Made by a program: the position numbers and the translations under genes. A stretch of 64,000 nt of DNA, taken from positions 2,018 through 66,017 of the forward strand of contig CAKPYV010000005.1 of assembly GCA_934203205.1 (NCBI GenBank). The letters are read 5' to 3'. This document shows positions 40,480 to 50,811 of this stretch, piece after piece. The notes below the pieces were generated by a model, which had not been told where the DNA came from, searched no databases, and worked only from the letters and a program-made list of their open reading frames with translations. Position 1 is the stretch's first letter; each line of letters starts with the position of its first letter. The stretch comes from an uncultured Anaerovibrio sp. GTDB lineage: Bacteria > Bacillota > Negativicutes > Selenomonadales > Selenomonadaceae.

Positions 40480-41235
40480 TTATTTGTTGAAAATATTCTT
40501 CAGGGCCTGCTTGTTAACATCACGGTTCAACTGAGCCAGATAAGTGGTCAGCTTGATGTTCTTAGGGCAAACCTCAACGCAGTTCTGGGAGTTACCGCAA
40601 CCGGTAATACCACCCTTGCCCATCAGAGCATTCAGGCGCTTCTCCTTGTCGAACTTTCCAAGTGGATGCAGGTTGAACAGGTATGCCTGAACGGATGGAG
40701 ATGCACCAATAAAGTCGGACTGTGGGCCAACATTAGGGCAAGCCTCCAGGCAACATCCGCAGGTCATGCAGTGAGAAATCTCATATGCAGTAGTGGCGGT
40801 GTAAGGATTCTGAATAGGAGCATCCTTAACCTCCCAGCTGCCATCAACCTCAACCCATGCCTGTACACGCTTCAAGCTCTCGAACATTACGGAGCGGTCA
40901 ATTAGCAGGTCACGGATTACAGGGAAGGTTCTAGCTGGAGCCAGATGGATTGGCTGCTCCAACTCATCAATCAGAGCACAGCAAGCCTGACGAGCCTTGC
41001 CGTTGATAACCATCATGCAAGCACCGCAAACCTTCTCCAAGCAGTTGCATTCCCAAGTTACAGGAGCAACCTTCTTGCCGTCCTTGGTTACAGGATTCTT
41101 CTGAATCTCCATAAGGGAGGCAACAACATTAAGAGCAGGACGATAAGGAATCTCGAATTCCTGAGTATAAGGTGCGCTGGTAGGGCTGTCCTGACGCTCA
41201 ATGATAAAAGTAACTGTTTTCTTCTGTTCTGCCAT
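40480..41235 (-). CDS. sdhB: Succinate dehydrogenase/fumarate reductase iron-sulfur subunit
   Basis: Three Cys clusters (CGACMMVINGK; CMTCGCCLEACP; CGNSQNCVEVCP). Confidence 0.93.
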   Translation of the reverse strand: MAEQKKTVTFIIERQDSPTSAPYTQEFEIPYRPALNVVASLMEIQKNPVTKDGKKVAPVTWECNCLEKVCGACMMVINGKARQACCALIDELEQPIHLAPARTFPVIRDLLIDRSVMFESLKRVQAWVEVDGSWEVKDAPIQNPYTATTAYEISHCMTCGCCLEACPNVGPQSDFIGASPSVQAYLFNLHPLGKFDKEKRLNALMGKGGITGCGNSQNCVEVCPKNIKLTTYLAQLNRDVNKQALKNIFNK

Positions 41236-41252
41236 TCTACTTTGTCCTCCTC

Positions 41253-43121
41253 TTATTCCTTCTTCGCAACAGCATAGTTACGAGGACGAGCCTTGATGAG
41301 AGAATGCTCGAACTCCTCATATTTTACGATTGGCTCTTCAGTTGCAGGATCATAGTTAATAACTGTGGTCTTCATGAATCTGGAGTCGTCACGCTTGAAG
41401 AATACCAGCTCGTCGTCAGCATCATGACCGCGGCCATCAGCTGCGAACTTAATGTTTTCAACGCCTACCAGCTTCTCCTTCTGCTCAGCAGTCATAGCAT
41501 CATAATCGCTCTTCAGAACGATCTTGGCATGAGCACCACGGGACTCGTCACGGCAACGAGCTGCCTTGGTAATAGCCATTGCATAAAGAATCATATTGCG
41601 GAGCTGGCGAACAAACATAGCCTCCTGGTTAGCCCAGTTGCCATGGTCAGTCAGACCAATATTGTCCCAACGCTTCAGAATCTTCTTCAGCTCTACGAGA
41701 CACTTATCCAAACCAGTGTTATCACGCTCGATGGATACATAGTCATACATGATATCGCCCATCTCCTGATGCAGCTTATGAGCATTCTCAGGACCATTCA
41801 TCTGGCGAATCTTGTCATACTCAGCCTGAACCTCCTTGCGAGCTGCTTCCAGCTCAGCATCGGTCAGAGCCACACCCTGCTTGCCTTCCTTGCAGTACTT
41901 CATAGCCTCAGGGCCAGATACAGTACCGGAATATGCAGCAGACAGCAGAGAGTTAGCACCCAGACGGTTTGCACCGTGGTACTGATGATCGCACTCACCA
42001 GAAGCCATCAGGCCAGGAATAGTGGTGAAGTGCTTTCTATCTACATAGATACCGCCCATGGAATAATGAACGGAAGGGAAAATCTCCATAGGAACCTTAC
42101 GAGGATCCTTACCTACGAATTCAGTGTAGATCTCGATGATACCACCCAGCTTGCGCTCCAGATAATCTGCAGGAATATGGGACAGATCCAGATATACACG
42201 ACGCTCGTTGTTGATACCCAGATGCATGTGATCGCAAACCTTGAAAATAGCACGGGATGCAACATCACGAGGAACCAGGTTACCATATGCAGGGTACATT
42301 TCCTCCAGGAAGTACCAAGGCTTGCCATCCTTGTAAACCCATACACGGCCACCCTCACCACGGCATGCCTCAGACATCAGACGGTTCTTGTCAGAGCCTG
42401 GGATAGCGGTAGGATGAATCTGAATGAACTCAGGGTTACCAATAGCAGCACCCTGCTGATATACAGCAGATACTGCAGAACCATTACAAATAGTGGAAGC
42501 GGTGCAACGGCCAAATACCTGACCAGGGCCACCAGTTGCCAGAATAACAACATCAGCAGGGAAAGCCTTAATCTCCATGGAGTTCATACTCTGAGCTACG
42601 ATACCACGGCAGATGCCATCCTTGTTCTTAATGATTTTGATGAATTCCCAGAACTCATACTTGGTTACGCCGCCCTTAACTTCCCAGCGACGAACCTGCT
42701 CGTCCAGAGCATACAGCAGCTGCTGACCAGTAGTGGAACCAGCAAAGCAGGTACGCTTATTCTTCTGACCACCGAAGTTACGCAGGTCAAGAACACCTTC
42801 TGGAGTACGAGTGAAAGGTACACCCATACGATCGAACATCTTAATGAGCTTTGGAGCTGCCTCAACCATGCCCTTTACAGCCAGCTGGTCAGCCAGAAAG
42901 TCACCGCCATATACGGTATCATCAAAATGCTCATAAATGGAGTCATGCTCACCCTTGGTGTCCATGCAGGCATTAATACCGCCCTGAGCACAGAGGGAGT
43001 GAGAACGCTTTACTGGGCAGTAAGAGAACAGGTCTACTTCGCCGCCAGCTTCACAAATTTTAAGGGTAGCCATCAATCCAGAAAGACCGCCACCAACTAC
43101 AATAATCTTATTTTTAGCCAC
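41253..43121 (-). CDS. sdhA: Succinate dehydrogenase/fumarate reductase flavoprotein subunit
   Basis: VVGGGLSGL FAD motif and HPTA segment; about 620 aa. GTG start at 43121, 7 nt after AAGGAGAG. Confidence 0.93.
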   Translation of the reverse strand: MAKNKIIVVGGGLSGLMATLKICEAGGEVDLFSYCPVKRSHSLCAQGGINACMDTKGEHDSIYEHFDDTVYGGDFLADQLAVKGMVEAAPKLIKMFDRMGVPFTRTPEGVLDLRNFGGQKNKRTCFAGSTTGQQLLYALDEQVRRWEVKGGVTKYEFWEFIKIIKNKDGICRGIVAQSMNSMEIKAFPADVVILATGGPGQVFGRCTASTICNGSAVSAVYQQGAAIGNPEFIQIHPTAIPGSDKNRLMSEACRGEGGRVWVYKDGKPWYFLEEMYPAYGNLVPRDVASRAIFKVCDHMHLGINNERRVYLDLSHIPADYLERKLGGIIEIYTEFVGKDPRKVPMEIFPSVHYSMGGIYVDRKHFTTIPGLMASGECDHQYHGANRLGANSLLSAAYSGTVSGPEAMKYCKEGKQGVALTDAELEAARKEVQAEYDKIRQMNGPENAHKLHQEMGDIMYDYVSIERDNTGLDKCLVELKKILKRWDNIGLTDHGNWANQEAMFVRQLRNMILYAMAITKAARCRDESRGAHAKIVLKSDYDAMTAEQKEKLVGVENIKFAADGRGHDADDELVFFKRDDSRFMKTTVINYDPATEEPIVKYEEFEHSLIKARPRNYAVAKKE

Positions 43122-43168
43122 GTAGTTTCTCTCCTTATACAATATTTTTAACTACGAAAATGTCCTGC

Positions 43169-43789
43169 TTATGCAAAGTAGGAGAACATGAAAGCCAGAG
43201 TCAGCAGACACATCAAAGCGCAAAGACCCATAGCCATCTTGTCAACTACACGCTGAGCACGAGGACCCTTTGCAATACCCCAGGTCATGCAGAAAGTAGT
43301 GATACCATTGCAGAAATGGAAGATTGCAGCAAACATACCCAGAGCATACAGCACAAATACAACAGGGTTGGACAGAACACTCTGAACCAGACCATAGCTG
43401 ATGTGCTCGCCCATAATACCCTTCAGGTAGATACGGAGATAGCCAACATGCCAGATGAGGAAAGCTACCAGATACCAAGCAGTGTAGCGCTGGAGAGCAA
43501 ACTTCCAGTTACGGGAATAGCCATAGCCGCCAGTGTTGTTCTTAGCATCCAGGGCAATAACAATACCATAAATACCATGGAACAAAATAGGTACAGCATA
43601 AAAGCAGATTTCAATAGCCAGGAAAATTGGTGGTGGAATCAGCTCCATCATCTCCAGACCCTGATTGAAAACCTCAGGACCACCCATAGCTGAAGCATTT
43701 GTCAGCAAATGCTCAATCAGCACGCCGCCCAGTAAAAGCAGACCGCAAAGGGAATGTAAACGGCGCAGATAAAAAGATACGTTAATCAT
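43169..43789 (-). CDS. sdhC: Succinate dehydrogenase/fumarate reductase cytochrome b subunit (five-helix, B. subtilis/Wolinella type)
   Basis: 206-aa polytopic protein with conserved His residues in its TM helices. Lies immediately upstream of the flavoprotein gene. Confidence 0.85.
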   Translation of the reverse strand: MINVSFYLRRLHSLCGLLLLGGVLIEHLLTNASAMGGPEVFNQGLEMMELIPPPIFLAIEICFYAVPILFHGIYGIVIALDAKNNTGGYGYSRNWKFALQRYTAWYLVAFLIWHVGYLRIYLKGIMGEHISYGLVQSVLSNPVVFVLYALGMFAAIFHFCNGITTFCMTWGIAKGPRAQRVVDKMAMGLCALMCLLTLAFMFSYFA

Positions 43790-43882
43790 TCTAGACCTCC
43801 TAAATATATTCTTTCCTATGGAAAGTAATTGTACGCCTTGGAGGAATAATCAGTTACCCCTGACAGAGCCTCCGGTGCGCAA

Positions 43883-44440
43883 TTATAATCTACGATATGG
43901 AGCCTGACCCATTTCGTAGAAATTATTGCCCTCAGAATCGATTACAACGATTGCAGGGAAATCTACAACCTCCAGAGCTGCCAAAGCCTCAGGGCCCAGC
44001 TCTGGATAAGCAATAACAGTGTACTTCTTTACGGACTTGGCAATCAGAGCAGCGGCACCGCCAACAGCAGCAAAATAAGTAACGCCGTTCTTCTTCATGG
44101 ACTCAATAACCTCAGGAGCACGAGAGCCCTTGCCGATCATACCCTTGATACCCTGATCCAACATGGTAGGAGTATAAGCATCCATACGGCCAGCAGTAGT
44201 AGGACCACAGGAGCCGATTGGATCACCTGGCTTTGCAGGAGTAGGTCCAAGATAGTAAACAATCTGGTTATGCCAATCAATTGGCAGCTTCTCGCCACGA
44301 GCCAGAGCCTCAGTCATAACCTTGTGTGCAGCATCACGGGCACTGTAGATAGTACCGGTAATCAATACGCTGTCGCCTGCACGCAGAGTGCGGGACTTTT
44401 CCTCAGTCAGAGGGGTAGTTAAACGAATAGTTTCAGCCAT
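43883..44440 (-). CDS. Class I (Fe-S) fumarate hydratase, beta subunit
   Basis: Fe-S hydro-lyase C-terminal domain pattern (GTIYSARDAAHK, MIGKG). ATG at 44440, 8 nt after AGGAGG. Confidence 0.9.
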   Translation of the reverse strand: MAETIRLTTPLTEEKSRTLRAGDSVLITGTIYSARDAAHKVMTEALARGEKLPIDWHNQIVYYLGPTPAKPGDPIGSCGPTTAGRMDAYTPTMLDQGIKGMIGKGSRAPEVIESMKKNGVTYFAAVGGAAALIAKSVKKYTVIAYPELGPEALAALEVVDFPAIVVIDSEGNNFYEMGQAPYRRL

Positions 44441-44457
44441 TATCAAGACCTCCTAAA

Positions 44458-45300
44458 TCACAGTACACGGACAGCATGACGGCAAGCATGGCAGCAGATA
44501 GTTACTGCAACAGGCAGGCCGGCGATATGGGTAGGACCCCACTCGATATTTACAGCCAGAGCAGAAGTAGTGCCGCCCAGCTGAGGTCCGATACCAGTCT
44601 TGTTAATCATCTCAAGAAGCTCATTCTCAAGATTTGCATAATCAGGATGCTCATTACGAACAGTAATATTACGCATCAAGGCACGCTTGGACAGATATGC
44701 AGCCTGATCCATAGTACCGCCGATACCTACACCAACAACCATTGGTGGGCATGGATTGCAGCTTGCATGCTGAATAATATCCAGAACAGCCTTCTTAACA
44801 CCCTCTACGCCATCAGCAGGTACCAGCATCTTGATGCCGCCCTTGTTCTCAGAACCAAAGCCCTTGCAGGTCAGCTCAATTCTCAGCTGATCACCAGGAA
44901 CGATCTTGGTGTAAATGATAGCAGGAGTATTGTTCTGGGTGTTTACACGGTTGAACAAAGGCTCAGCTACAACGGACTTGCGAAGATACCCCTCGGTATA
45001 GCCCTTGGCCACACCAGCGTTAATAGCTTCAGTAAGGTCGCCACCCTCCAGATGCAGATCCTGACCTACCTCCAAGAAGATAATGGTCATACCAGTATCC
45101 TGACAGATTGGACGATCCTCTGCACGAGCGATCTCGGAGTTTTTGATAATCTGATCAAGAACAACCTGACCTACAGGAGATTCTTCAGTCTCTCTGCCCT
45201 TTTTCAATGCCTCATACACATCTTTTGGCAAATAATAGGCAGCTTCCTTGCACATCTGCGCTACTTCAGCAGTAATCTGCTCTACATTAATTGTACGCAA
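44458..45300 (-). CDS. Class I (Fe-S) fumarate hydratase, alpha subunit
   Basis: Fe-S hydro-lyase N-terminal domain with ICQDTG and CPPMVVGVGIGG segments. TTG start, 6 nt after GGGGAGGG. Confidence 0.9.
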   Translation of the reverse strand: MRTINVEQITAEVAQMCKEAAYYLPKDVYEALKKGRETEESPVGQVVLDQIIKNSEIARAEDRPICQDTGMTIIFLEVGQDLHLEGGDLTEAINAGVAKGYTEGYLRKSVVAEPLFNRVNTQNNTPAIIYTKIVPGDQLRIELTCKGFGSENKGGIKMLVPADGVEGVKKAVLDIIQHASCNPCPPMVVGVGIGGTMDQAAYLSKRALMRNITVRNEHPDYANLENELLEMINKTGIGPQLGGTTSALAVNIEWGPTHIAGLPVAVTICCHACRHAVRVL

Positions 45301-45346
45301 ATTAAACCCTCCCCAAAAATATATAATAAATTACATTCGCTATCTA

Positions 45347-45375
45347 ATAATAGCATATTTTCAAACTGCTTTCAA
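45347..45375 (-). promoter_or_regulatory. Candidate promoter of the fumarase-sdh/frd operon
   Basis: On the minus strand, TTGAAA (45375-45370), 17-nt spacer, TATTAT (45352-45347), about 47 nt upstream of the start codon. Confidence 0.45.
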
Positions 45376-45514
45376 GCCAATAACCGCAAGGGTTTTAGCT
45401 ATTTGCAATATGAATCCGATTCATCTTTTTTCTCAGTTGTTTTCGCTTAGAATTGTTAATTCATCCAACGAATTATTTAATTTGTGTTCATCAAACCGTG
45501 TACATACTTTCATT

Positions 45515-46000
45515 TTATTTTTGCAAATGGTAATGATATAATTCCGGCTCCTTGTCCTCCGCCAGCTCCAAAACCATGAAAGATTGGCCTTTACCATCCC
45601 GAGGGTATGATAAACTACCTGGATTAATCAGGAAAATACCATTAATTTTTTTTATGAAAGCTACATGGGTATGACCAAAGACTCCAATATCTGCTCCCTT
45701 TTCCCGCACCGCCAGCAAAAAATTAGCCAGATTGCTCTTAACACCATAGAGATGTCCGTGGGTCAAAAAGATTTTGCTGCCTGCTGCCGTTACCAGTTCC
45801 TCATCCTCGGCACCGCCACGGCCCCAATCACAATTTCCTGCTACATTAACTACTTCTGCATCATAGGCCATACGTAAATATTCTGCATCGGTGATTAAAT
45901 CTCCTGCATGAAGCCAAAAATCTATTTCTCCCGCCACCTTTACCGCCTGGTCAATAGCATTAGTATTGCCGTGGGAATCACTAATTATGCCTATACGCAT
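45515..46000 (-). CDS. YfcE/MJ0936-family metallophosphoesterase
   Basis: MRIGIISDSHGN, GDL, GNCD and GHTH motifs. Confidence 0.85.
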   Translation of the reverse strand: MRIGIISDSHGNTNAIDQAVKVAGEIDFWLHAGDLITDAEYLRMAYDAEVVNVAGNCDWGRGGAEDEELVTAAGSKIFLTHGHLYGVKSNLANFLLAVREKGADIGVFGHTHVAFIKKINGIFLINPGSLSYPRDGKGQSFMVLELAEDKEPELYHYHLQK

Positions 46001-46020
46001 AGCAAACCTCCCTTAAAAGC

Positions 46021-46620
46021 TTAATTTGCTAAATATTTTTCCAGAAGCTCCGCCATTTTGGCAATAGCCTCTCCTCTATGACTGATACCCTGCTTTTCCC
46101 CCAAGGTCATTTCCGCCATAGTCTTTTCACCTACATAAAAATAAGGATCATAGCCAAAGCCATTCTGACCTCTGGCCTCCAAACGAATCTCCCCTGGACA
46201 GCTGCCCTCAGCAAATAACTGATGACCATTGGTATCCACAAAGGTCAAGGCGCATTTATAGGCCGCTGGAGAGCAAGCCAAGCCCAAGTCATGCAGTTTG
46301 GACTGCAGCTTGGCATTATTTTCCTCATCTGTGGCATTTTCCCCAGCATAGCGGGCAGAATAAATACCAGGTGCTCCATTAAGAGCCTCCACCTCTAGGC
46401 CAGAATCATCCGCCAAGCAGGCTAGACCTGTTTCCTCACAATAATATTTTGCCTTCAGCAGAGAATTAGCCTGAAAGCTATCCCCATCCTCCACAGGCTC
46501 CGGATATTTTTCTGGCAGCTCCTTCAGGGATATCAGCTCCACATCCAAATTTTTAAAGGCATTTATCATTTCCCGTACCTTGCCCTGATTGCCGGTAGCT
46601 ATTACAATTTTTTTTGCCAT
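46021..46620 (-). CDS. rdgB: XTP/dITP diphosphatase (Ham1/RdgB family)
   Basis: ATGNQGK start motif and FGYDP motif. Start at the ATG at 46620. Confidence 0.9.
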   Translation of the reverse strand: MAKKIVIATGNQGKVREMINAFKNLDVELISLKELPEKYPEPVEDGDSFQANSLLKAKYYCEETGLACLADDSGLEVEALNGAPGIYSARYAGENATDEENNAKLQSKLHDLGLACSPAAYKCALTFVDTNGHQLFAEGSCPGEIRLEARGQNGFGYDPYFYVGEKTMAEMTLGEKQGISHRGEAIAKMAELLEKYLAN

Positions 46621-46647
46621 ATCTGCCATCCTTTACTTTTACCCAAC

Positions 46648-47424
46648 TTATTCCCGGCCTACACGCCAAACCAGCACTCCGCCTAACACATCCTTTTCAT
46701 AGGAAATCAGCTCGTCAGTACCCTTGGCTGCCAGATCCAATAGCTTGGTTAATTCCTGAGGACTAAAAGGCCGTCCTTCGCCAGTCCCCTGCACCTCTAC
46801 ATAATTTCCCTCTCCGGTTCTTACTACATTCATATCCACTACCCCAGTGGAATCCTCCTCGTAGCAAACATCCAACAAGGGTACACCTTCTGGAGAAATA
46901 CCTACACTTATGGCTGCCAAAAAATCCTTCACAGGGAAAGGCTTTTTACCATCATAAATAGTTTCACAGGCCTCCACCAAAGCAATAAAAGCACCAGTTA
47001 TAGAGGCAGTTCTCGTACCACCGTCAGCCTGAATAACATCGCAATCAATAATAATGGTCCGCTCTCCCAGAGCCTTCAAATCCATTACAGAACGCAAACT
47101 ACGGCCAATAAGCCGCTGTATTTCCTGGGTACGGCCGCTCTGCTTGCCTCTGGTGGATTCTCTTGGAGTTCTGGTGGAGGTGGCACTTGGCAAAAGGGAA
47201 TATTCTGCCTTCAACCACCCTTCCCCAGTGCCTCTGAGAAACACTGGCACCCTTTCTTCCACAGTAGCAGCACAGATAACCTTGGTGTTGCCCATTTCTA
47301 TTAAAACAGAGGCAGCAGGCCCCTGCTGAAAATGTCTATGTATCTTATAACGGCGCAGCTGCTCCGGCTCTCGGCCATCTGGTCTGCCTTCCCGCCTTTT
47401 CTTATGTCCTTTTTTATGCTCCAT
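46648..47424 (-). CDS. rph: Ribonuclease PH
   Basis: RPDGR...LR motif and [18 protein letters not shown]. The ATG at 47424 gives a short basic N-terminal extension ([13 protein letters not shown]). Confidence 0.93.
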   Translation of the reverse strand: MEHKKGHKKRREGRPDGREPEQLRRYKIHRHFQQGPAASVLIEMGNTKVICAATVEERVPVFLRGTGEGWLKAEYSLLPSATSTRTPRESTRGKQSGRTQEIQRLIGRSLRSVMDLKALGERTIIIDCDVIQADGGTRTASITGAFIALVEACETIYDGKKPFPVKDFLAAISVGISPEGVPLLDVCYEEDSTGVVDMNVVRTGEGNYVEVQGTGEGRPFSPQELTKLLDLAAKGTDELISYEKDVLGGVLVWRVGRE

Positions 47425-47550
47425 ATGTACCTCATTCCTTTTGTTCAAAACTCTAATAGTATAGCATATAGACAAAATTCTACCAACAAGAATTTATTGT
47501 TTTTGTATACATTATAGCACCTATATTGCGCAAAGAAAATGCAAAATAAA

Positions 47551-47578
47551 AGCCAGGCTGTATCCAACCTGGCTTTTA
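47551..47578. terminator. Terminator downstream of the 78-aa ORF
   Basis: AGCCAGG (47551-47557) / CCTGGCT (47568-47574) stem, flanked by A and T runs. Confidence 0.7.
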
Positions 47579-47587
47579 CCTCATATC

Positions 47588-47824
47588 TTATTGACTTACA
47601 ATCACATTGTGACTTACGTTAAGGATATCACATTTATCCTTCAACTCTTTAGTTAATTCCTCCAAGGCTGACATATTCTTGCATCTTACGGTAATAGCAC
47701 AATCATGACCATCCTGAATCTCAGACCAGGAAGTAACTCTCTCATCTCCCTGAACGAAATTCTGAAAAGGTACATTTCCTGCCAGCTGGCTGGCGGATTC
47801 AATATTTACAAATGATTCAATCAT
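47588..47824 (-). CDS. Small hypothetical protein (78 aa)
   Basis: ATG at 47824, 6 nt after AAGGAGGG. Has its own promoter-like element and terminator. No family recognised. Confidence 0.5.
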   Translation of the reverse strand: MIESFVNIESASQLAGNVPFQNFVQGDERVTSWSEIQDGHDCAITVRCKNMSALEELTKELKDKCDILNVSHNVIVSQ

Positions 47825-47854
47825 TTCTATCCCTCCTTTGCGGAACATGGGCAT

Positions 47855-47883
47855 ATTATATATCAGGTTTGTTTCTTTGTAAA
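47855..47883 (-). promoter_or_regulatory. Candidate promoter of the 78-aa ORF
   Basis: On the minus strand, TTTACA (47883-47878), 17-nt spacer, TATAAT (47860-47855). The -10 lies inside a 19-bp direct repeat. Confidence 0.5.
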
Positions 47884-48067
47884 TAGTTTTTTGAATAATT
47901 TATGTAAAGTTTTCATGAATTTTTTCTGAAAACATGGGCATATTATATACAAAGCACTCCAAAAGTTACCCATTTTCTTCTCTAAAACCGTTTTGATAAG
48001 TTCTGGAGTTCTATGATTTTTTTCATTTTATTACCAATCTTACCATGCATATCTCACAGTTTTCAAC

Positions 48068-48108
48068 CAAATGAAAAGCACTCTGGAAACGGGGTAGAAT
48101 CCAGAGTG
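48068..48108 (-). terminator. Terminator of the lactate oxidation operon
   Basis: 9-bp stem CACTCTGGA / TCCAGAGTG (48079-48108) followed by CTTTTCATTT on the minus strand. Confidence 0.65.
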
Positions 48109-48159
48109 CAATTCATTGTTAGGGTTATAGAGAGTTTTTATAGAAATGCTTTTGACGGG

Positions 48160-49563
48160 TTAGTCAAAGCAAACCTTACGTGGATTGAGAATATTATTTG
48201 GATCAAAGGCTTTCTTAATTCCCTGCATAACAGCAATAGCAGCAGGATCTAAAGATTCCTTCAGATATGGCTTCTTAGCCAAACCGATACCATGCTCACC
48301 AGATACCTGGCCATCCATGGTGCGGGCCTTTTCATACATCTTCTCCATGGTAGCTTCCAACATTCTGTGCCACTCATCCTCATCCAGATCATCACGGAGA
48401 ATATATACATGGAGGTTACCGTCGCCAGCATGACCAAAGCTCTTGATGCGGATATGCATTTCATCCTGCAAATCATGTACGAACTCTACAAATTCATTAA
48501 CACGATTACGAGGTACAACTACGTCAACCTCATCCATCATGGTAGTGGAACCACTAATGGCCTGCAGGAAGGAGCCTCTGGTCTTCCAGATAGCATCGGA
48601 ACGCTCGTCAGTATCGGCAATCAATACATCATAAGCCCCCTGCTCCAAGCAAATCTGAGCTACACCATCATAGGCCTTGGCAATATCCTCAGCAGTATCA
48701 CCATCGAACTTCAGCAACAGGTAGGCATCTGCCTGATTGTCTGGGAAGCTCTGACCTAGGAAATTCTCTGCGTCCATGATAACTTCACGCTCCATGAACT
48801 CAATAGCAGTAGGAATAGCCTTGGACTTAACAATCAACGGTACAGTGCCGATGGCCTGTGCCAAGCTAGGGAATGGTACCAGCAGGCTGACAGCCTTCTG
48901 AGGCAGAGGCAGCAGCTTCAAAACAGCCTTGGTAATAAAGGCCAAGGTACCCTCAGAACCAATAATCAAATCCTTCAGATCATAGCCGGAGCTGTTCTTT
49001 ACAACCTTGCCCCCCAGCTCCAAAATGGTGCCGTCAGCCAGAACAACCTCCAAACCACGAACGAAGTCACGAGTTACACCGTATTTTACAGCTCTCATGC
49101 CACCAGCATTGGTGCTGATATTACCACCAATGGTAGCGGTTTTCTCACCTGGATCAGGTGGGTAGAACAAGCCCTTAGGCTCTACATACTGATAAATCTC
49201 CATCAGCAATACGCCTGGCTCCAGAGTCAGAGTCAAATTCTCCTCGTCCAGCTCCAAAAAGTGATTCATCAGAGTGGTATCCATCATAATACCATGCTCT
49301 ACAGCTACAGAAGCACCAACCAGGCCAGTACCTGCACCACGAGGAGTTACGGCAATATGCTCCTGATTGGCATATTTCAATACCTTGGAAATTTCTTCAG
49401 CAGAGGTAGCCCGTACCACCAAATCTGGATAGGAAGGAGTAGCACTCAGCTCATCATGGCTGTATTCCTCATTTACTTCATCAGCCCAGAGAATACGGTC
49501 TCTAGGAACGATCTTTGCGATTTCTTCTAAATCAGCTTCCGTAAGTTTCTTGTATTCGCTCAT
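48160..49563 (-). CDS. FAD-linked oxidase, GlcD/LctD-type lactate dehydrogenase
   Basis: FAD-binding PCMH domain ([10 protein letters not shown]) and C-terminal GEHGIG motif. ATGA overlap with etfA. Confidence 0.85.
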   Translation of the reverse strand: MSEYKKLTEADLEEIAKIVPRDRILWADEVNEEYSHDELSATPSYPDLVVRATSAEEISKVLKYANQEHIAVTPRGAGTGLVGASVAVEHGIMMDTTLMNHFLELDEENLTLTLEPGVLLMEIYQYVEPKGLFYPPDPGEKTATIGGNISTNAGGMRAVKYGVTRDFVRGLEVVLADGTILELGGKVVKNSSGYDLKDLIIGSEGTLAFITKAVLKLLPLPQKAVSLLVPFPSLAQAIGTVPLIVKSKAIPTAIEFMEREVIMDAENFLGQSFPDNQADAYLLLKFDGDTAEDIAKAYDGVAQICLEQGAYDVLIADTDERSDAIWKTRGSFLQAISGSTTMMDEVDVVVPRNRVNEFVEFVHDLQDEMHIRIKSFGHAGDGNLHVYILRDDLDEDEWHRMLEATMEKMYEKARTMDGQVSGEHGIGLAKKPYLKESLDPAAIAVMQGIKKAFDPNNILNPRKVCFD

Positions 49564-50756
49564 GCCAAGGTACCTCCCTGCTTAATATTCTCAATCAGCT
49601 GTGGAATAATTTCATAGATATCTCCCACCAAAGCATAATTTGCTACCTTGAAGATAGCTGCCTCAGGGTCGGAATTAATGGCCACTACCTGCTCAGAATT
49701 ATTCATACCTGCCACAAATTGAATAGCACCAGCTACACCACAGGTAATAATCAGTTTTGGACGAACAGTACGACCAGACAAACCAATCTGGTGAGCTGCT
49801 TCCATCCAGCCAGCTTCGCACAAAGGTCTGGTACAAGCTACATCGCCGCCCAAAAGGTCAGCCAGCTCACGAATCATAGCCAGATCCTCAACCTTCTTGA
49901 TGCCACGACCAGCTACTACCAGAACCTCAGCATTTTCAATGGTCTTCTGCTTTTCCTTCTTGATGATGCCCAATACTTCCATACGAGCCTTCAGCTTGTC
50001 AGCAGGCACCTCCAAAGGAATAATCTCACCCTTGGCCTCCTCAGAACGCTCTGGAGCATTCATTACCTTATAGCGAACAGTAGCCATCTGCGGACGGGTT
50101 CTCGTAGTAAGAATCTCCGCCATAATATTACCACCGAAAGCAGGGCGAATCTGTACCAAATCAGTATTTTCATGGATATCCAAAATGGTGCAGTCAGCAG
50201 TCAGACCAGTCTTGAACCGAGCTGCCACTCTTGGAGCCAACTGACGGCCTACAGAGGTAGCACCTACCAAAATAGCAGAAGGCTTTATCTGATTGATATA
50301 GGCCTCAAAGGCTGCAGCATAGCTTTCAATCTTGAAATCCAACAGCTCAGGGCTATCTACTACATATACCTGATCTACACCGTAATGCAACAGCTCATGT
50401 GCCTTGTCGCCAATACCGCTGCCCAGGAACAAAGCCTGTACAGGGTGACCAATCTTGTCAGCCAGCTCTCTAGCCTTGCCCAAAAGCTCCAGAGTTACAG
50501 GATGAATATCGCCCTCTACATGGTCTACATAAACGGTGATACCCTTCCAAAGACTCTTATCTACCTGTGGGCCTTCTTCTTCCTCTACGAATTCTACAGC
50601 ACCAGGCTGGCCCTTCTTTACACAGAGCTTGCACAGTTTACAAGCAGCATTTATTTCCAGCTTACCGTCGTTGTCCTCCAGAGCCTTGAATGGGCAAAGG
50701 GCAACCATGGCAGCTATATCAGTTACTTTGTCCTGATGAACTATCAGTTTTCCCAT
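49560..50756 (-). CDS. etfA: Electron transfer flavoprotein alpha subunit with N-terminal ferredoxin-like domain
   Basis: N-terminal 4-Cys pattern (C-x18-CKLCKLC), then an EtfA fold with C-terminal FAD-binding segment ([12 protein letters not shown]). Confidence 0.9.
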   Translation of the reverse strand: MGKLIVHQDKVTDIAAMVALCPFKALEDNDGKLEINAACKLCKLCVKKGQPGAVEFVEEEEGPQVDKSLWKGITVYVDHVEGDIHPVTLELLGKARELADKIGHPVQALFLGSGIGDKAHELLHYGVDQVYVVDSPELLDFKIESYAAAFEAYINQIKPSAILVGATSVGRQLAPRVAARFKTGLTADCTILDIHENTDLVQIRPAFGGNIMAEILTTRTRPQMATVRYKVMNAPERSEEAKGEIIPLEVPADKLKARMEVLGIIKKEKQKTIENAEVLVVAGRGIKKVEDLAMIRELADLLGGDVACTRPLCEAGWMEAAHQIGLSGRTVRPKLIITCGVAGAIQFVAGMNNSEQVVAINSDPEAAIFKVANYALVGDIYEIIPQLIENIKQGGTLA

Positions 50757-50811
50757 TTCGCATTATCTCCTTTTCTGGTCATTCAATACACACTTTTCCT
50801 ACAATCCGTTC

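Noticed and set aside
39655-40905. 416-aa plus-strand ORF spanning three minus-strand genes
   Set aside because: It is in codon register with the M16C, small-ORF and iron-sulfur subunit genes (coordinate offsets are multiples of 3). It is a by-product of their codon usage and has no start context.
41304-43151. 615-aa plus-strand ORF
   Set aside because: It is exactly antisense to, and in codon register with, the fumarate reductase/SDH flavoprotein gene. It has a low-complexity composition and no RBS, so it is a shadow ORF.
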